64,000 nt of DNA from Micavibrio sp. Lineage in GTDB: Bacteria; Pseudomonadota; Alphaproteobacteria; Micavibrionales; Micavibrionaceae. The stretch covers positions 6,389 to 70,388 of the forward strand of contig JBEIHF010000009.1 of assembly GCA_040381535.1 (NCBI GenBank), written 5' to 3'. The position numbers were made by a program, and so were the translations under genes. The notes beneath the pieces are model-generated. The model was given only the letters and a program-made list of their open reading frames with translations, made no database searches and was not told the origin of the DNA. Of this stretch, positions 1 to 9,324 are shown piece after piece. The number at the start of each line of letters is the position of its first letter. The stretch's first letter is position 1.

Positions 1-485
1 GCGGCGGATCGTATCAAACCGTCAATGTCGCCGCTAACCATGGCGGCAATGGCGGCGGCGCTTCCACGGCTGCGGCCGTGAAAGTCGAAACCGCTTTGGC
101 GCCCACGCCCATCACGGCGATTGCATCCTTGCAGGATGTACGCTCTCTTCTCCAACAGGCGGGTGAAATGATGCTGGCGACGCAAGTGTATTTGAACGTG
201 CATCTGGTAAAACTGGAAGAGGGGCGTTTGGAATACCGCCCCGCCGCGAACGCTTCGCCGAACCTCGCGCAGGAGCTTACCATCGCTCTCAAAGCCGCGA
301 CGGGCAAACGCTGGATGGTTACGGTTTCGACCTCTCCCGGCCAGATGACATTGGCCGAAGGCGAGAAGGCGGCACAGCAGGAATGTTTTGATAAAGTCCT
401 GGCCAACACTCTTGTTAAACAAGTGTTCGACATTTTCCCCGAAGCGGAATTGAAAGCCATTCATAATAAAGCGGATTTGCAATGA
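1..485 (+). CDS. dnaX: DNA polymerase III subunit gamma/tau, C-terminal fragment (5' end outside window)
   Basis: The frame is open from the window edge (nt 3) to TGA 483-485; the listed 78-485 ORF starts at an internal GTG. The tail sequence (LVKLEEGRLEYRP...GKRWMVTVS) resembles alphaproteobacterial DnaX C-termini. It overlaps ybaB by ATGA, the conserved dnaX-ybaB arrangement. Confidence 0.65.
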   Translation, partial: GGSYQTVNVAANHGGNGGGASTAAAVKVETALAPTPITAIASLQDVRSLLQQAGEMMLATQVYLNVHLVKLEEGRLEYRPAANASPNLAQELTIALKAATGKRWMVTVSTSPGQMTLAEGEKAAQQECFDKVLANTLVKQVFDIFPEAELKAIHNKADLQ

Positions 486-817
486 ACATCGCCAAGATGA
501 TGCAACAAGCGAAAGCCATGCAAACCAAAATGCAAGATATGCAAGAACGCATGGGCCATGTGAATGTCGAAGGCAATGCCGGCGGCGGCGCGGTGCGCGT
601 CACCATGACCTGCAAAGGTCAATGCAAAGGTATCGCGCTTGATGCTTCCGTCGTGAAAGCCGATGATAAGGAAATGCTCGAAGATTTGCTGATGGCCGCT
701 ATCAACGATGCCAAAGCCAAAGGCGATGCGAAGATGGCCGAAGAAACCCAAAAGATGATGGCCGATATGGGCCTTCCCCCCAATGCTTTGGGCGGTGGCG
801 GCGGTTTACCGTTCTGA
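482..817 (+). CDS. ybaB: Nucleoid-associated protein YbaB/EbfC
   Basis: 111 aa. The N-terminus (MNIAKMMQQAKAMQTKMQDMQE) and the core (GGGAVRVTMTCKGQCKGIALD...DKEMLEDLLMAAINDA) are typical of the YbaB family. It sits directly after dnaX. Confidence 0.9.
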   Translation: MNIAKMMQQAKAMQTKMQDMQERMGHVNVEGNAGGGAVRVTMTCKGQCKGIALDASVVKADDKEMLEDLLMAAINDAKAKGDAKMAEETQKMMADMGLPPNALGGGGGLPF

Positions 818-818
818 C

Positions 819-1607
819 ATGAAAATCGCCACGTGGAATATAAACTCCGTCCGTCTGCGCGCGCCGAGCGTCCTTGCAATGATGCAAAAACTCAAACCGG
901 ACATAGTGTGCCTCCAAGAAACGAAATGCCCCGACGAGCTCTTCCCGTCGCAGGTTTTTGCGGATGAAGGCTATGTGCACCAGCATTTTCACGGCATGAA
1001 ATCCTATAACGGGGTGGCCATTCTCTCCAAAGTGCCGTTCAAATCCAAAAACATCCATCATCGTTGCGGAAAACAGGATTGCCGCCACATCGCCGCGAAC
1101 TTCAACGGTTTCGAGCTCCACAATATTTACATCCCTGCGGGCGGCGATATTCCTGATCCCGACGCCAACGATAAATTCGCACACAAGCTGGATTTCGTGG
1201 ATGAGCTTAAAGGCTGGTTCGCGGACCGCTATTCCAAAGACCAAAAGCTTATTGCCGTCGGTGATTTTAACATCGCGCCGCTAGAGCATGATGTGTGGAG
1301 CCACAAACAGCTTTTGAAAGTTGTTTCCCACACACCGATCGAAACCGAAAAATTTGCCAAGATGTACGGGAGCCTCGATTGGCACGATGCCATTCGTCAC
1401 TTCGTGCCGGAAAACGAGAAATGCTACACATGGTGGAGCTACCGCAACCACGACTGGAAGATTTCCAACCGCGGCCGAAGGCTCGATCATATCTGGGTGA
1501 CCAAGCCACTTTCAAAAAAGCTCAAATCACACAAAATTCTGTTCGAAGCCCGCGATTGGGAGCAACCATCCGATCACGTTCCCGTTATGATCGACGTGGA
1601 CATCTAG
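819..1607 (+). CDS. xthA: Exodeoxyribonuclease III (AP endonuclease)
   Basis: MKIATWNINSVRLR...CLQETK...GDFNIAP...SYRNHDW...RLDHIW...SDHVPV are ExoIII/EEP family motifs. I chose the ATG at 819 (1 nt after the ybaB stop) rather than the upstream alternative start at 783. Confidence 0.9.
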   Translation: MKIATWNINSVRLRAPSVLAMMQKLKPDIVCLQETKCPDELFPSQVFADEGYVHQHFHGMKSYNGVAILSKVPFKSKNIHHRCGKQDCRHIAANFNGFELHNIYIPAGGDIPDPDANDKFAHKLDFVDELKGWFADRYSKDQKLIAVGDFNIAPLEHDVWSHKQLLKVVSHTPIETEKFAKMYGSLDWHDAIRHFVPENEKCYTWWSYRNHDWKISNRGRRLDHIWVTKPLSKKLKSHKILFEARDWEQPSDHVPVMIDVDI

Positions 1608-2767
1608 CGTTTCCGACCCCACAGCCACAACCCGATAGATCCCAATATCAAGACCTGTCCTGCAATCCACAGTAGAGCGCTCATGATGTTGCCCTCATCC
1701 GATATATAACCCACGATCAAACTTGTGGGAATGAATAGGAAATGCACCATCAGGTTGGCGGTCGATAGAATCGTTGCGCGCCGTTCGGAACCTACGCGGG
1801 AATTGATGGCGTTGTTGACACGGGGCGTGCCTATCGCCCATGCCAGTGTGCCTATCAGGAACATGGGTATGCCGATGATGGCCACGGGAAACAGCACGAG
1901 CGTTACGCACGCCGCCGTCAGGACAAACACCATGGTGCCGAGCGCCGCGCGGTTGCTGCCCCAATGCTCGAATGTGTGGCTGTAATGCCCCACAAGACCG
2001 CTGATAACGTAGCTGCCTGCCATTATAACGCCGAACCATTCCACGGAAATGCCTACGCCCGCGAAATAGGGTTGCTGTGACCACATCATCAGTTTCGTGC
2101 CCGTCATCACGACTGTTGACACTAGAATGATGCCCGTGATTTCTGGATGGCCGCGGAGTGCGTATTTCATCGTCTCCCAGATATCGCGGATGATATGCTT
2201 TTCCACGCTTTTGGTGTGCCGCACAGGTTCGCGCACAAAAGAAATCGTAATCATGGCGGCCAGAAGCGTGAATATTTCCAGCAATAAGGGAAGCTGCGGA
2301 TCTATCTTGAAGCACAACGCGCCGATGATAGCGGCGATGGCAACCGCGTAAATTCCCATCGCGTGGCGTTTGCCGTCGATGCGGCGATAGCGTCCTTCCT
2401 CGCCTTTTTCCAGCAACAGATCATAGAGCATGGCCGTGTCGGTACCGGAATTCAAAGCCACCGCGATGCCGATAATGCCTTGCGCCAATGATGCCATGAG
2501 CAAATTGTCCGCAAAGAGCAGGACGACATATCCGATGATGGCGAAAAGCGCGCCGACCATGAGCGTCGTGCGGCGTCTCCATACATCGGAAATCCATCCG
2601 CTCGGCACTTCGGCCAGAAGGACGACGGCCGAAAACACCGCTTCGCCGATCAAGAAGTCGCGGAAGGACAGGCCGATGCTCGCGTAATACGGCACAATAA
2701 CGGGCAGTATAAACACCAAATTGGTGAGCATCGAACGGGTATGAATGAGGGCGATATCGCGTTTCAT
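1604..2767 (-). CDS. MFS transporter
   Basis: 387 aa with about 12 hydrophobic segments and an MFS-like loop (SGWISDVWRRRTTL). It overlaps the xth stop by the 4 nt CTAG. Confidence 0.75.
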   Translation of the reverse strand: MKRDIALIHTRSMLTNLVFILPVIVPYYASIGLSFRDFLIGEAVFSAVVLLAEVPSGWISDVWRRRTTLMVGALFAIIGYVVLLFADNLLMASLAQGIIGIAVALNSGTDTAMLYDLLLEKGEEGRYRRIDGKRHAMGIYAVAIAAIIGALCFKIDPQLPLLLEIFTLLAAMITISFVREPVRHTKSVEKHIIRDIWETMKYALRGHPEITGIILVSTVVMTGTKLMMWSQQPYFAGVGISVEWFGVIMAGSYVISGLVGHYSHTFEHWGSNRAALGTMVFVLTAACVTLVLFPVAIIGIPMFLIGTLAWAIGTPRVNNAINSRVGSERRATILSTANLMVHFLFIPTSLIVGYISDEGNIMSALLWIAGQVLILGSIGLWLWGRKR

Positions 2768-3255
2768 CTGAGCCTCAATTCATATTGCATATCCATGTCT
2801 TTGCTGCCATCGCCGAACACATTTTCCTGTTCGCCGATATATTGGAACCCGAAGGCTTGGTTGGCGCGGCGGGAAGCTTCGTTGCCTTTTCTGTGACCAA
2901 TCAGAAGACGGTCGAACAAACCGGATTCCCTTGCCCAATTAATACGGGCTTCATAGATCAGGTGCGAGTAACCTTGGCCGCGATAGGTTTTGCGGATATA
3001 CCCGCCGATCAAAGCGCCGCATCTGCTGCCCTCATCCTTCATGAACACGCCGCCGGTGCCGACCATGTCATCGCCATCGAATAGGCCGAAGAAAGCCTGC
3101 GATGCACCGCACAGCCCGTCCTGCCACTCGGCATCGGATCTTCCGACGTTCTCTTCGTAAGAGGAGCCATATTTATCGGCATGCAGGCGCGAGGCCTCGA
3201 GGCGGAGTGCCTTATAGGCTTGCCAGTCATCTTTTTCGAGTTTTCGTACAAACAT
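2764..3255 (-). CDS. GNAT family N-acetyltransferase
   Basis: 163 aa with a GNAT acetyl-CoA motif region (IRKTYRGQGYSHLIYEARINWARESG). It overlaps the downstream MFS gene by 4 nt. Confidence 0.75.
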   Translation of the reverse strand: MFVRKLEKDDWQAYKALRLEASRLHADKYGSSYEENVGRSDAEWQDGLCGASQAFFGLFDGDDMVGTGGVFMKDEGSRCGALIGGYIRKTYRGQGYSHLIYEARINWARESGLFDRLLIGHRKGNEASRRANQAFGFQYIGEQENVFGDGSKDMDMQYELRLR

Positions 3256-3735
3256 AATTGGTCTCCTTTCGTTTTGCTTCGAAAGGCCGACAGAGAATCT
3301 ACGAAGTGGGGGAGATGTTTCTGTCAGAGCCTTTCGCGGGCGCTGACAGTGTTTAAAACTACACGATCAGCGATAAATACGCGCCATTATCCGTGCCGGA
3401 TTCAAGTCTCGGCGCGGTGTGTTTGGCTTGCGTGTTCATCGTGATGCAATGTCTCATGCATTCATGGAAACACAGTTGGTTGTTTTCGGGCAAGTAAATT
3501 CCTTGACTTGCCGTAGCGTTATATGAGATATGTAGGCCGCAATAAGTTTTGGGTATTCGATAACTAGTTGAAAACTAACAATAAAGTCGAATAATCCCGC
3601 GATACAGTCATCCTCTTCCCCCATCATTATCGGGCGGCATAAGTGGTTTTCAGTATCAGCTTGATGCTTTGAACCGCGGCTATGACCGCTAAACACGCCC
3701 CATGATGGAGCGTGCGATATAATGATGAAAGACTA

Positions 3736-5805
3736 ATGATGACCACAAACTTTAAAGAGTTTGCGCTTAATCCTGCGCTCCAAACTTCCCTTGAAAACAT
3801 GAAATTCGAAATCCCCACGCCGATTCAGGCGATGGCTATTCCGCTTGGCCTCGAAGGCCGCGACATTCTAGGCTCCGCACAAACGGGTACGGGTAAAACA
3901 GCCGCGTTCTGCGTTCCGATGATCAACTTCCTCTTGGAAAATCCTACCGCGCACGCGCTTGTCATGCTTCCTACCCGCGAACTCGCGACGCAGGTGCATG
4001 ATGTCGCCCGCAAAATGATCGGCTATGATGCGAAAGGCCCCAACGGGATCAAAACCGCATTGCTGATCGGCGGCGAACCTATCGGTAAGCAATATGCGCA
4101 ATTGCAGCGTCGTCCGCGTTTGATCGTGGGCACGCCGGGCCGTATCAACGACCATTTGCGCTCCAACCAAGATCTCGTCGACCGCGTTGAATTCGCCGTA
4201 CTCGACGAAGCCGACCGTATGCTCGACATGGGCTTCTTGCCCCAGATCGATTCCATCCTGTCGGAAACGGCGATCAAACGTCAGACGATGATGTTCTCTG
4301 CCACGTTCCCCGATTCCATTGTGAAATTCTCGCGTCAATACTTGAACAACCCCGAGCGTATCTCTGCGGGCGTTCAATCCAAACCGGGTGAAAATATCGT
4401 TCAGGAAACGACGTTTGTCGCACAGGAACAAAAATACGACGAACTGATGCTCCAGCTTTCCAAGCGCGAAGGCTCTGTCATCGTGTTCGTGCGCACGCAA
4501 CATGGCGCGGACAAGCTTTCGGTGAAACTGAACCGCGATGAACAGACGTCCGAAGCCATCCATGGCGGCCTACGTCAGCGTCAGCGCGACAAGGTCATCC
4601 GTATGTTCCGTAACGGCGAAATCCGCATCCTTGTGGCAACCGACGTTGCCGCGCGCGGTCTGGACGTTCCCCATATCGAACATGTCGTAAACTATGATCT
4701 GCCCCAAGTGGCCGAAGACTATATCCACCGTATCGGCCGTACGGCCCGTGCTGGTGCGAAAGGTCACGCGGTTTCCTTCGTTGCGAATGGAGAAAAACAT
4801 TTGTGGCGCGATATCGAACGCATGCTGAACCCGAATGATCCGGGCTCCGAAATCCGTGAAGGCGGACGTGGTGGCACGAAAAAACAATTCGGCGGCGGTA
4901 AGAAATTCGGCGGCAAACCTTCTTTTGGCGGTGAGCGTAAATCTTTCGGCGGCGGCGATCGTCCCGAACGCAATTACGGTCCAAAAAAGGAAAGCAAATT
5001 CGGCCCACGTAAGCCTTTTGGCCGCGCAGACCGCAAGGAACGCACGGCAAGCGGTGAAAACGCAGGCTACAATCCTGATGGCGCCTTCCGCTCTTCGGAA
5101 CCACGCACGGAAGGCGCTTTCGATGCCCGTCCACAACGCAGTTTCGATCGTAACGATCGTCCGCAACGTTCCGAAGGTGGTTACCAAGGTAAACGCGAAG
5201 GCGGATATCAAGGCAACCGTGACAGCGGTTTTAAAAAGCCTTTCAAGAAAGAAGGCGACTTTGCTTCCAACCCTGATTCCTACAAGCGTACGAATTCCGG
5301 TGATCGTAAAGAAGGCGGCTTCAAGAAACCCTACAACCGCGACAATGCAGATCGCCCCCGTTCCAACTACGGTGATCGTCCGCAACGCACCGAGGGTGGT
5401 TACCAAGGTAATCGCGAAGGCGGCTATCAAGGCAATCGTGAAGGTGGTTTCAAAAAACCCTACAGCCGTGATGGCGGTTCCGACCGTCCTCAAGGTGATC
5501 GCCCTCAGCGCAGCGAAGGTTATCAAGGCAACCGCGATGGCGGATTTAAAAAGCCCTACAACCGTGACAACGCGCAAGGTGATCGTCCCCGTTCCAACAG
5601 CGGCAACCGCCCGTTCGTAAAACGCGAAGGCGGATCTACTGAAGGCGGATTTAAGAAACCCTTCCGTAAAGAAGGCGAAGGTTTCAAGAAACCTTACGTG
5701 GCCAAAGATGGCGGCGCCAAACATCATGAAGGCCGCACCTTCCGCAAGGATGGCGGCGAGCGTTCAGAAGGTCATTCAGCACGTTCTAAAAAAAGAGCCT
5801 ACTGA
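3736..5805 (+). CDS. rhlE: DEAD-box ATP-dependent RNA helicase (RhlE-like) with long repetitive C-terminal tail
   Basis: Q motif (FKEF...PTPIQ), AQTGTGKT, DEAD (VLDEADRM), SAT (FSAT) and HRIGRTARAG are all present. The start is set at the MMTTNFKEF Met pair; the ORF opens at 3712. Confidence 0.85.
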   Translation: MMTTNFKEFALNPALQTSLENMKFEIPTPIQAMAIPLGLEGRDILGSAQTGTGKTAAFCVPMINFLLENPTAHALVMLPTRELATQVHDVARKMIGYDAKGPNGIKTALLIGGEPIGKQYAQLQRRPRLIVGTPGRINDHLRSNQDLVDRVEFAVLDEADRMLDMGFLPQIDSILSETAIKRQTMMFSATFPDSIVKFSRQYLNNPERISAGVQSKPGENIVQETTFVAQEQKYDELMLQLSKREGSVIVFVRTQHGADKLSVKLNRDEQTSEAIHGGLRQRQRDKVIRMFRNGEIRILVATDVAARGLDVPHIEHVVNYDLPQVAEDYIHRIGRTARAGAKGHAVSFVANGEKHLWRDIERMLNPNDPGSEIREGGRGGTKKQFGGGKKFGGKPSFGGERKSFGGGDRPERNYGPKKESKFGPRKPFGRADRKERTASGENAGYNPDGAFRSSEPRTEGAFDARPQRSFDRNDRPQRSEGGYQGKREGGYQGNRDSGFKKPFKKEGDFASNPDSYKRTNSGDRKEGGFKKPYNRDNADRPRSNYGDRPQRTEGGYQGNREGGYQGNREGGFKKPYSRDGGSDRPQGDRPQRSEGYQGNRDGGFKKPYNRDNAQGDRPRSNSGNRPFVKREGGSTEGGFKKPFRKEGEGFKKPYVAKDGGAKHHEGRTFRKDGGERSEGHSARSKKRAY
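5150..5700 (+). repeat. Intragenic tandem repeats encoding GGYQGNR / GGFKKPY modules
   Basis: ggtggttaccaaggtaa(a/t)cgcgaaggcgg(a/c)tatcaaggcaa(c/t)cgtga occurs at about 5176 and about 5395. A shorter copy lies at about 5515, and ggcttcaagaaaccctacaaccgcgacaa recurs at about 5312 and about 5540. Confidence 0.7.
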
Positions 5806-5825
5806 AATAAGAATACTAATATAAG

Positions 5826-5851
5826 AAAAGCCGCTTTTTAGCGGCTTTTTT
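5826..5851 (+). terminator. Rho-independent terminator after the helicase gene
   Basis: GCCGC (5830-5834), loop TTTTTA, GCGGC (5841-5845), followed by TTTTTT. Confidence 0.8.
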
Positions 5852-5913
5852 GTTGAACCTGCAACAAATCGATCTAGTTTTTATACTGTAATAAATCCTT
5901 CATGGAGGCAGAT

Positions 5914-6303
5914 ATGCTAGCGCACAACGATATAGTTGCAACCATCGCCGTAAGCGATATGGCCAAGGCCCGCAATTTTTACGAGAAGCAATTGGGTCTT
6001 ACGCTCGAAGAAACGATGGGTGGCGGTATAACAACATATAAGGCTGGAGATTCCCGCGTGTTCATTTATAAATCCGATCGCGCTGGCGATTCCAAAGCCA
6101 CGGCCGCCACATGGGCCCTCGAAGATAAAATCGAAGACATGGTTTCTGAATTGCAACAAAACGGAATTTCATTTGTACATTTCGATATGCGCGGCGTCGA
6201 GCACAAGGGTGATATCCATGTCACGGAAACGGGCATGAAGGCCGCGTGGTTCAAAGACCCGGACGGCAATATTCTCTGCCTCGTGCAGACGCATTTTAAT
6301 TAA
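5914..6303 (+). CDS. VOC (glyoxalase/bleomycin-resistance/dioxygenase) family protein
   Basis: About 129 aa with paired beta-alpha-beta-beta-beta style sequence (ATIAVSDMAKARNFYEKQLGL...AWFKDPDGNILCL). ATG 5914 is preceded by GGAGG at 5904-5908. Confidence 0.75.
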   Translation: MLAHNDIVATIAVSDMAKARNFYEKQLGLTLEETMGGGITTYKAGDSRVFIYKSDRAGDSKATAATWALEDKIEDMVSELQQNGISFVHFDMRGVEHKGDIHVTETGMKAAWFKDPDGNILCLVQTHFN

Positions 6304-6305
6304 TA

Positions 6306-6333
6306 AAAACCCCGCCGAGAAGCTGGGTTTTTT
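6306..6333 (+). terminator. Probable Rho-independent terminator
   Basis: CCCCGC (6310-6315) pairs with GCTGGG (6322-6327) with one mismatch, flanked by an A-run and TTTTTT. Confidence 0.55.
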
Positions 6334-6389
6334 CAAGATATTTGGAAATAACATTGTTATTTTTTTATAACTTATGGTAATTCTGCGCC

Positions 6390-7304
6390 ATGGAAATGAA
6401 CATCAGGGAAATCTTTGATTCAGGCGCCGTGAATGCTGTTCTGCTCGACCATGCCGGCGTTCTAGTTGATATAGAGAACCTACACGGTGCTGCACGCGCG
6501 GCTGTTTTCAACGAATTCGGATGTAATCTCACACCTGCCGATGGCAAAAGCATGATGGGCTTTGGTGAAAAAAGATTGTTTGAATATATGCAAGGCGGAA
6601 TCAAAGACCCTACCACTTTGGGCCCGCATTTGCGCTTGCTGGAAGATTTCAAAATTGTTGTCGAAGGTTTTGATGGAGACTGGCAAGCTTTCAAAAAGAA
6701 GCACGAAGAAAAATATGATGTTTTATATTCACAGGTTGATGATCCGCTTCGCCTTGTAACACAAGGGCTCACTGAATTTCATATGGCTGCTTACGAGCGC
6801 GGCATTCCTGAAGGTATAGTTTCCAATTCTGCACGCGCCCATGTTATGGCTGATGCGGCGCTAAACATCCAAAGCTTTAATCAATTGTGTTTTGCCCTGC
6901 AAAAAGAAGTGGTCACCCATGAAGATCTTTTCAAAGTGACATTGACGGCAGACGATATAAAGGAAATGGGGGTGCCGTCAAAGCCCTCCATGGCGCCCTA
7001 TCTGCTCGGTGCCGTAAAAATGCAAACCGTTTCCGGCTTGGAAAATCTGCGTATGAACGAAATTCTTTGTATCGAGGATTCCAAGATCGGGTTTACTGCC
7101 GCTGATTCTGCAGGCCTTTTGGTGGTCCAGCGTTTTTACAATACTGCTGTAAACAGGGATGCTTCCATTCGCAATTCTAGGGCGTTTGGCTGGGTTGCCG
7201 AAGATGAGCCACTGAACAGAATCAAACTTAATCCTGACCATCCTGTTGCTCACCGCATCATGAATGGTGATTTCAAAAGACAGCTTTCCGTGTTTGGCTC
7301 GTGA
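6390..7304 (+). CDS. HAD-superfamily hydrolase, divergent (motif I D-H-A-G)
   Basis: Motif I-like AVLLDHAGVLVD, motif II IVSNS, motif III SKPSMAPY and motif IV IEDSKIG occur in HAD order. The protein is 304 aa with a large cap insert. Confidence 0.6.
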   Translation: MEMNIREIFDSGAVNAVLLDHAGVLVDIENLHGAARAAVFNEFGCNLTPADGKSMMGFGEKRLFEYMQGGIKDPTTLGPHLRLLEDFKIVVEGFDGDWQAFKKKHEEKYDVLYSQVDDPLRLVTQGLTEFHMAAYERGIPEGIVSNSARAHVMADAALNIQSFNQLCFALQKEVVTHEDLFKVTLTADDIKEMGVPSKPSMAPYLLGAVKMQTVSGLENLRMNEILCIEDSKIGFTAADSAGLLVVQRFYNTAVNRDASIRNSRAFGWVAEDEPLNRIKLNPDHPVAHRIMNGDFKRQLSVFGS

Positions 7305-7306
7305 TT

Positions 7307-7334
7307 AAAAAACCCTCGATCCGTGGGCTTTTTC
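7307..7334. terminator. Possible bidirectional terminator between the HAD gene and typA
   Basis: AAAAAA-CCCTCG-ATC-CGTGGG-CTTTTT: a short imperfect stem flanked by A and T runs between convergent genes. Confidence 0.4.
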
Positions 7335-7353
7335 TTGTTCAATGCGGGAGCGC

Positions 7354-9204
7354 TTAAGCTTCGCCGCCGGCTTTTTTGGTTTCTTTTTTGGCGCGGTCGC
7401 GTGTGTTAGAATCAAGGTGTCTTTTGCGAAGGCGCAAGGATTTTGGCGTTACTTCGACCAATTCGTCCTCGTTGATATACGACATCATTTCTTCCATCGA
7501 CATGCGTTTTGGTGGGACGAGCGTAACGGCTTCGTCCGCGCCCGATGAACGCACGTTGGTCAATTGCTTGCCTTTGAGAACGTTTATCTCGAGGTCGTTT
7601 TCGCGGCTATGTTCGCCAACCACCATACCGGCATATACCTTGTCGTTGTGGCCGATGAACATGATGCCGCGGTCTTGCAGCTTCCAGATCGCGTAAGCAA
7701 CGGCGTCGCCTTTGTCAGTGGAAATCAGGGCGCCGTTGCGGCGGGCCATAATGTCGCCTTTATAAGGGCCGTAGCTGTCGAAGATACGGTTCATAAGGCC
7801 GGTACCGCGTGTGTCGGTCAGGAATTGCGATTGGTAGCCGATCAAGCCGCGCGAAGGGGCGAGGAACATGATGCGGGTCTTGCCTGCGCCCGACGGGCGC
7901 ATATCGCGCAATTCCGCTTTGCGCTGGGTCATTTTTTCAACCACGGCGCCGGAATAGATGTCATCCACGTCGCAGGTGATTTCTTCATATGGCTCCAGCA
8001 GGTTGCCGGCTTCGTCTTTTTTCAACAAAACGCGGGGGCGGGACACGGAAAGCTCGAAGCCTTCGCGGCGCATGGTTTCGATCAAAACACCAAGCTGTAA
8101 TTCGCCGCGGCCTGCGAGTTCGAAAGCATCGCGGCCTTCGGATTCGGTGACGCGGATGGCGACGTTGGTTTCGGCTTCGGCGTTCAAACGCTCGCGGATC
8201 ATGTTGGACGTGAGCTTCTTGCCTTCGGTGCCTGCGTATGGCGAGTCATTAACGGTAATGGTGACTGCCATCGTCGGAGGATCGACAGGGTCTGTCGGGA
8301 CAGGAACGGTAACGCTCGGGTCGCAGATCGTGTCGGCCACGGATGTCTTCACCATGCCGGCGATGCAGATGATGTCGCCTGCAACGGCTTCGATGACGGG
8401 AACGCGCTCGATACCCTGATAAGAGAAGAGTTTCGTAAGGCGGAATGTTTCCACCGTTTTGCCGTCGAGGCCAATGGCTTTTACGGCCATGTTGACTTTG
8501 GGGTGACCGCCGTAAACTTTGCCGGTCAAAACGCGGCCCAGGAACGGATCGGAAGAGAGGAGTGTCGCCAGCATAGTGAAAGGCGCGCTTTCCAGCACTT
8601 TGGGCGCGGGCACATATTCCATGACCAATTCCAAAAGAGGGTGGAGGTTTTCGCGCGGCGCTTCGAGGCTCTTCGCGCACCAGCCATCACGGCCGGACGC
8701 GTAGAGAACGGGGAAGTCGAGCTGCTCATCCGTTGCCTCCAAGGAAACGAACAAATCGAACACTTCGTTCAAAACATCATCGGGGCGGGCGTCGGAACGG
8801 TCTACTTTGTTGATCATAACGATCGGCTTGATGCCGAGTTTCAAAGCTTTGCCCAAAACGAATTTGGTTTGCGGCAGCGGGCCTTCGGCCGCATCCGTCA
8901 AAAGGATAACGCCGTCGCACATGTTCAACACGCGCTCTACCTCACCGCCGAAATCGGCGTGGCCCGGTGTGTCGATGATGTTGATGCGCGTGCCTTCCCA
9001 ATCGATGGCCGTGCATTTCGCCAGAATGGTGATACCGCGTTCTTTTTCCAAATCGTTGGAATCCATGACCCGCTCTTCGACGTTCTGGTTGGCGCGGAAG
9101 GAACCTGATTGTTTCAGGATATTGTCGATCAGGGTGGTTTTCCCGTGGTCGACGTGCGCGATGATCGCGATATTGCGGATCAATTTGGAATCAGTGGCGG
9201 CCAT
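7354..9204 (-). CDS. typA: Translational GTPase TypA/BipA
   Basis: 616 aa. IRNIAIIAHVDHGKTTL, DTPGHADFGGEV and NKVDR GTPase motifs, followed by EF-G-like domains characteristic of BipA. Confidence 0.95.
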   Translation of the reverse strand: MAATDSKLIRNIAIIAHVDHGKTTLIDNILKQSGSFRANQNVEERVMDSNDLEKERGITILAKCTAIDWEGTRINIIDTPGHADFGGEVERVLNMCDGVILLTDAAEGPLPQTKFVLGKALKLGIKPIVMINKVDRSDARPDDVLNEVFDLFVSLEATDEQLDFPVLYASGRDGWCAKSLEAPRENLHPLLELVMEYVPAPKVLESAPFTMLATLLSSDPFLGRVLTGKVYGGHPKVNMAVKAIGLDGKTVETFRLTKLFSYQGIERVPVIEAVAGDIICIAGMVKTSVADTICDPSVTVPVPTDPVDPPTMAVTITVNDSPYAGTEGKKLTSNMIRERLNAEAETNVAIRVTESEGRDAFELAGRGELQLGVLIETMRREGFELSVSRPRVLLKKDEAGNLLEPYEEITCDVDDIYSGAVVEKMTQRKAELRDMRPSGAGKTRIMFLAPSRGLIGYQSQFLTDTRGTGLMNRIFDSYGPYKGDIMARRNGALISTDKGDAVAYAIWKLQDRGIMFIGHNDKVYAGMVVGEHSRENDLEINVLKGKQLTNVRSSGADEAVTLVPPKRMSMEEMMSYINEDELVEVTPKSLRLRKRHLDSNTRDRAKKETKKAGGEA

Positions 9205-9324
9205 AAAAATTCTCGTTTCTTTTCAGTTGGTTAGGAGTCCCGTGTCGGAAACGCCCTGTATCTGCCGCCGATGTACAGTAAATCGGGGCCAAAAACCACT
9301 AAAATATGAAGAAAAACGCCTGTT

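Noticed and set aside
3385-3430. tRNA-like T-arm fragment (GCCGG-ATTCAAGTC-TCGGC) in the GNAT-helicase gap
   Set aside because: It has a 9-nt loop instead of the 7-nt TPsiC loop. No acceptor, D or anticodon arms can be built around it, and there is no CCA context.
3503-3531. TTGACT -35-like hexamer upstream of the helicase gene
   Set aside because: No acceptable -10 lies at 16-18 nt spacing (AGATAT at 17 nt; TATATG at only 11 nt), so no promoter call was made.
4570-5727. 385-aa minus-strand ORF antisense to the helicase tail
   Set aside because: It is the mirror image of the G/R/K repeat codons. The translation is low-complexity A/T/V/F-rich with no start context. The plus strand carries unmistakable DEAD-box motifs in continuous frame.
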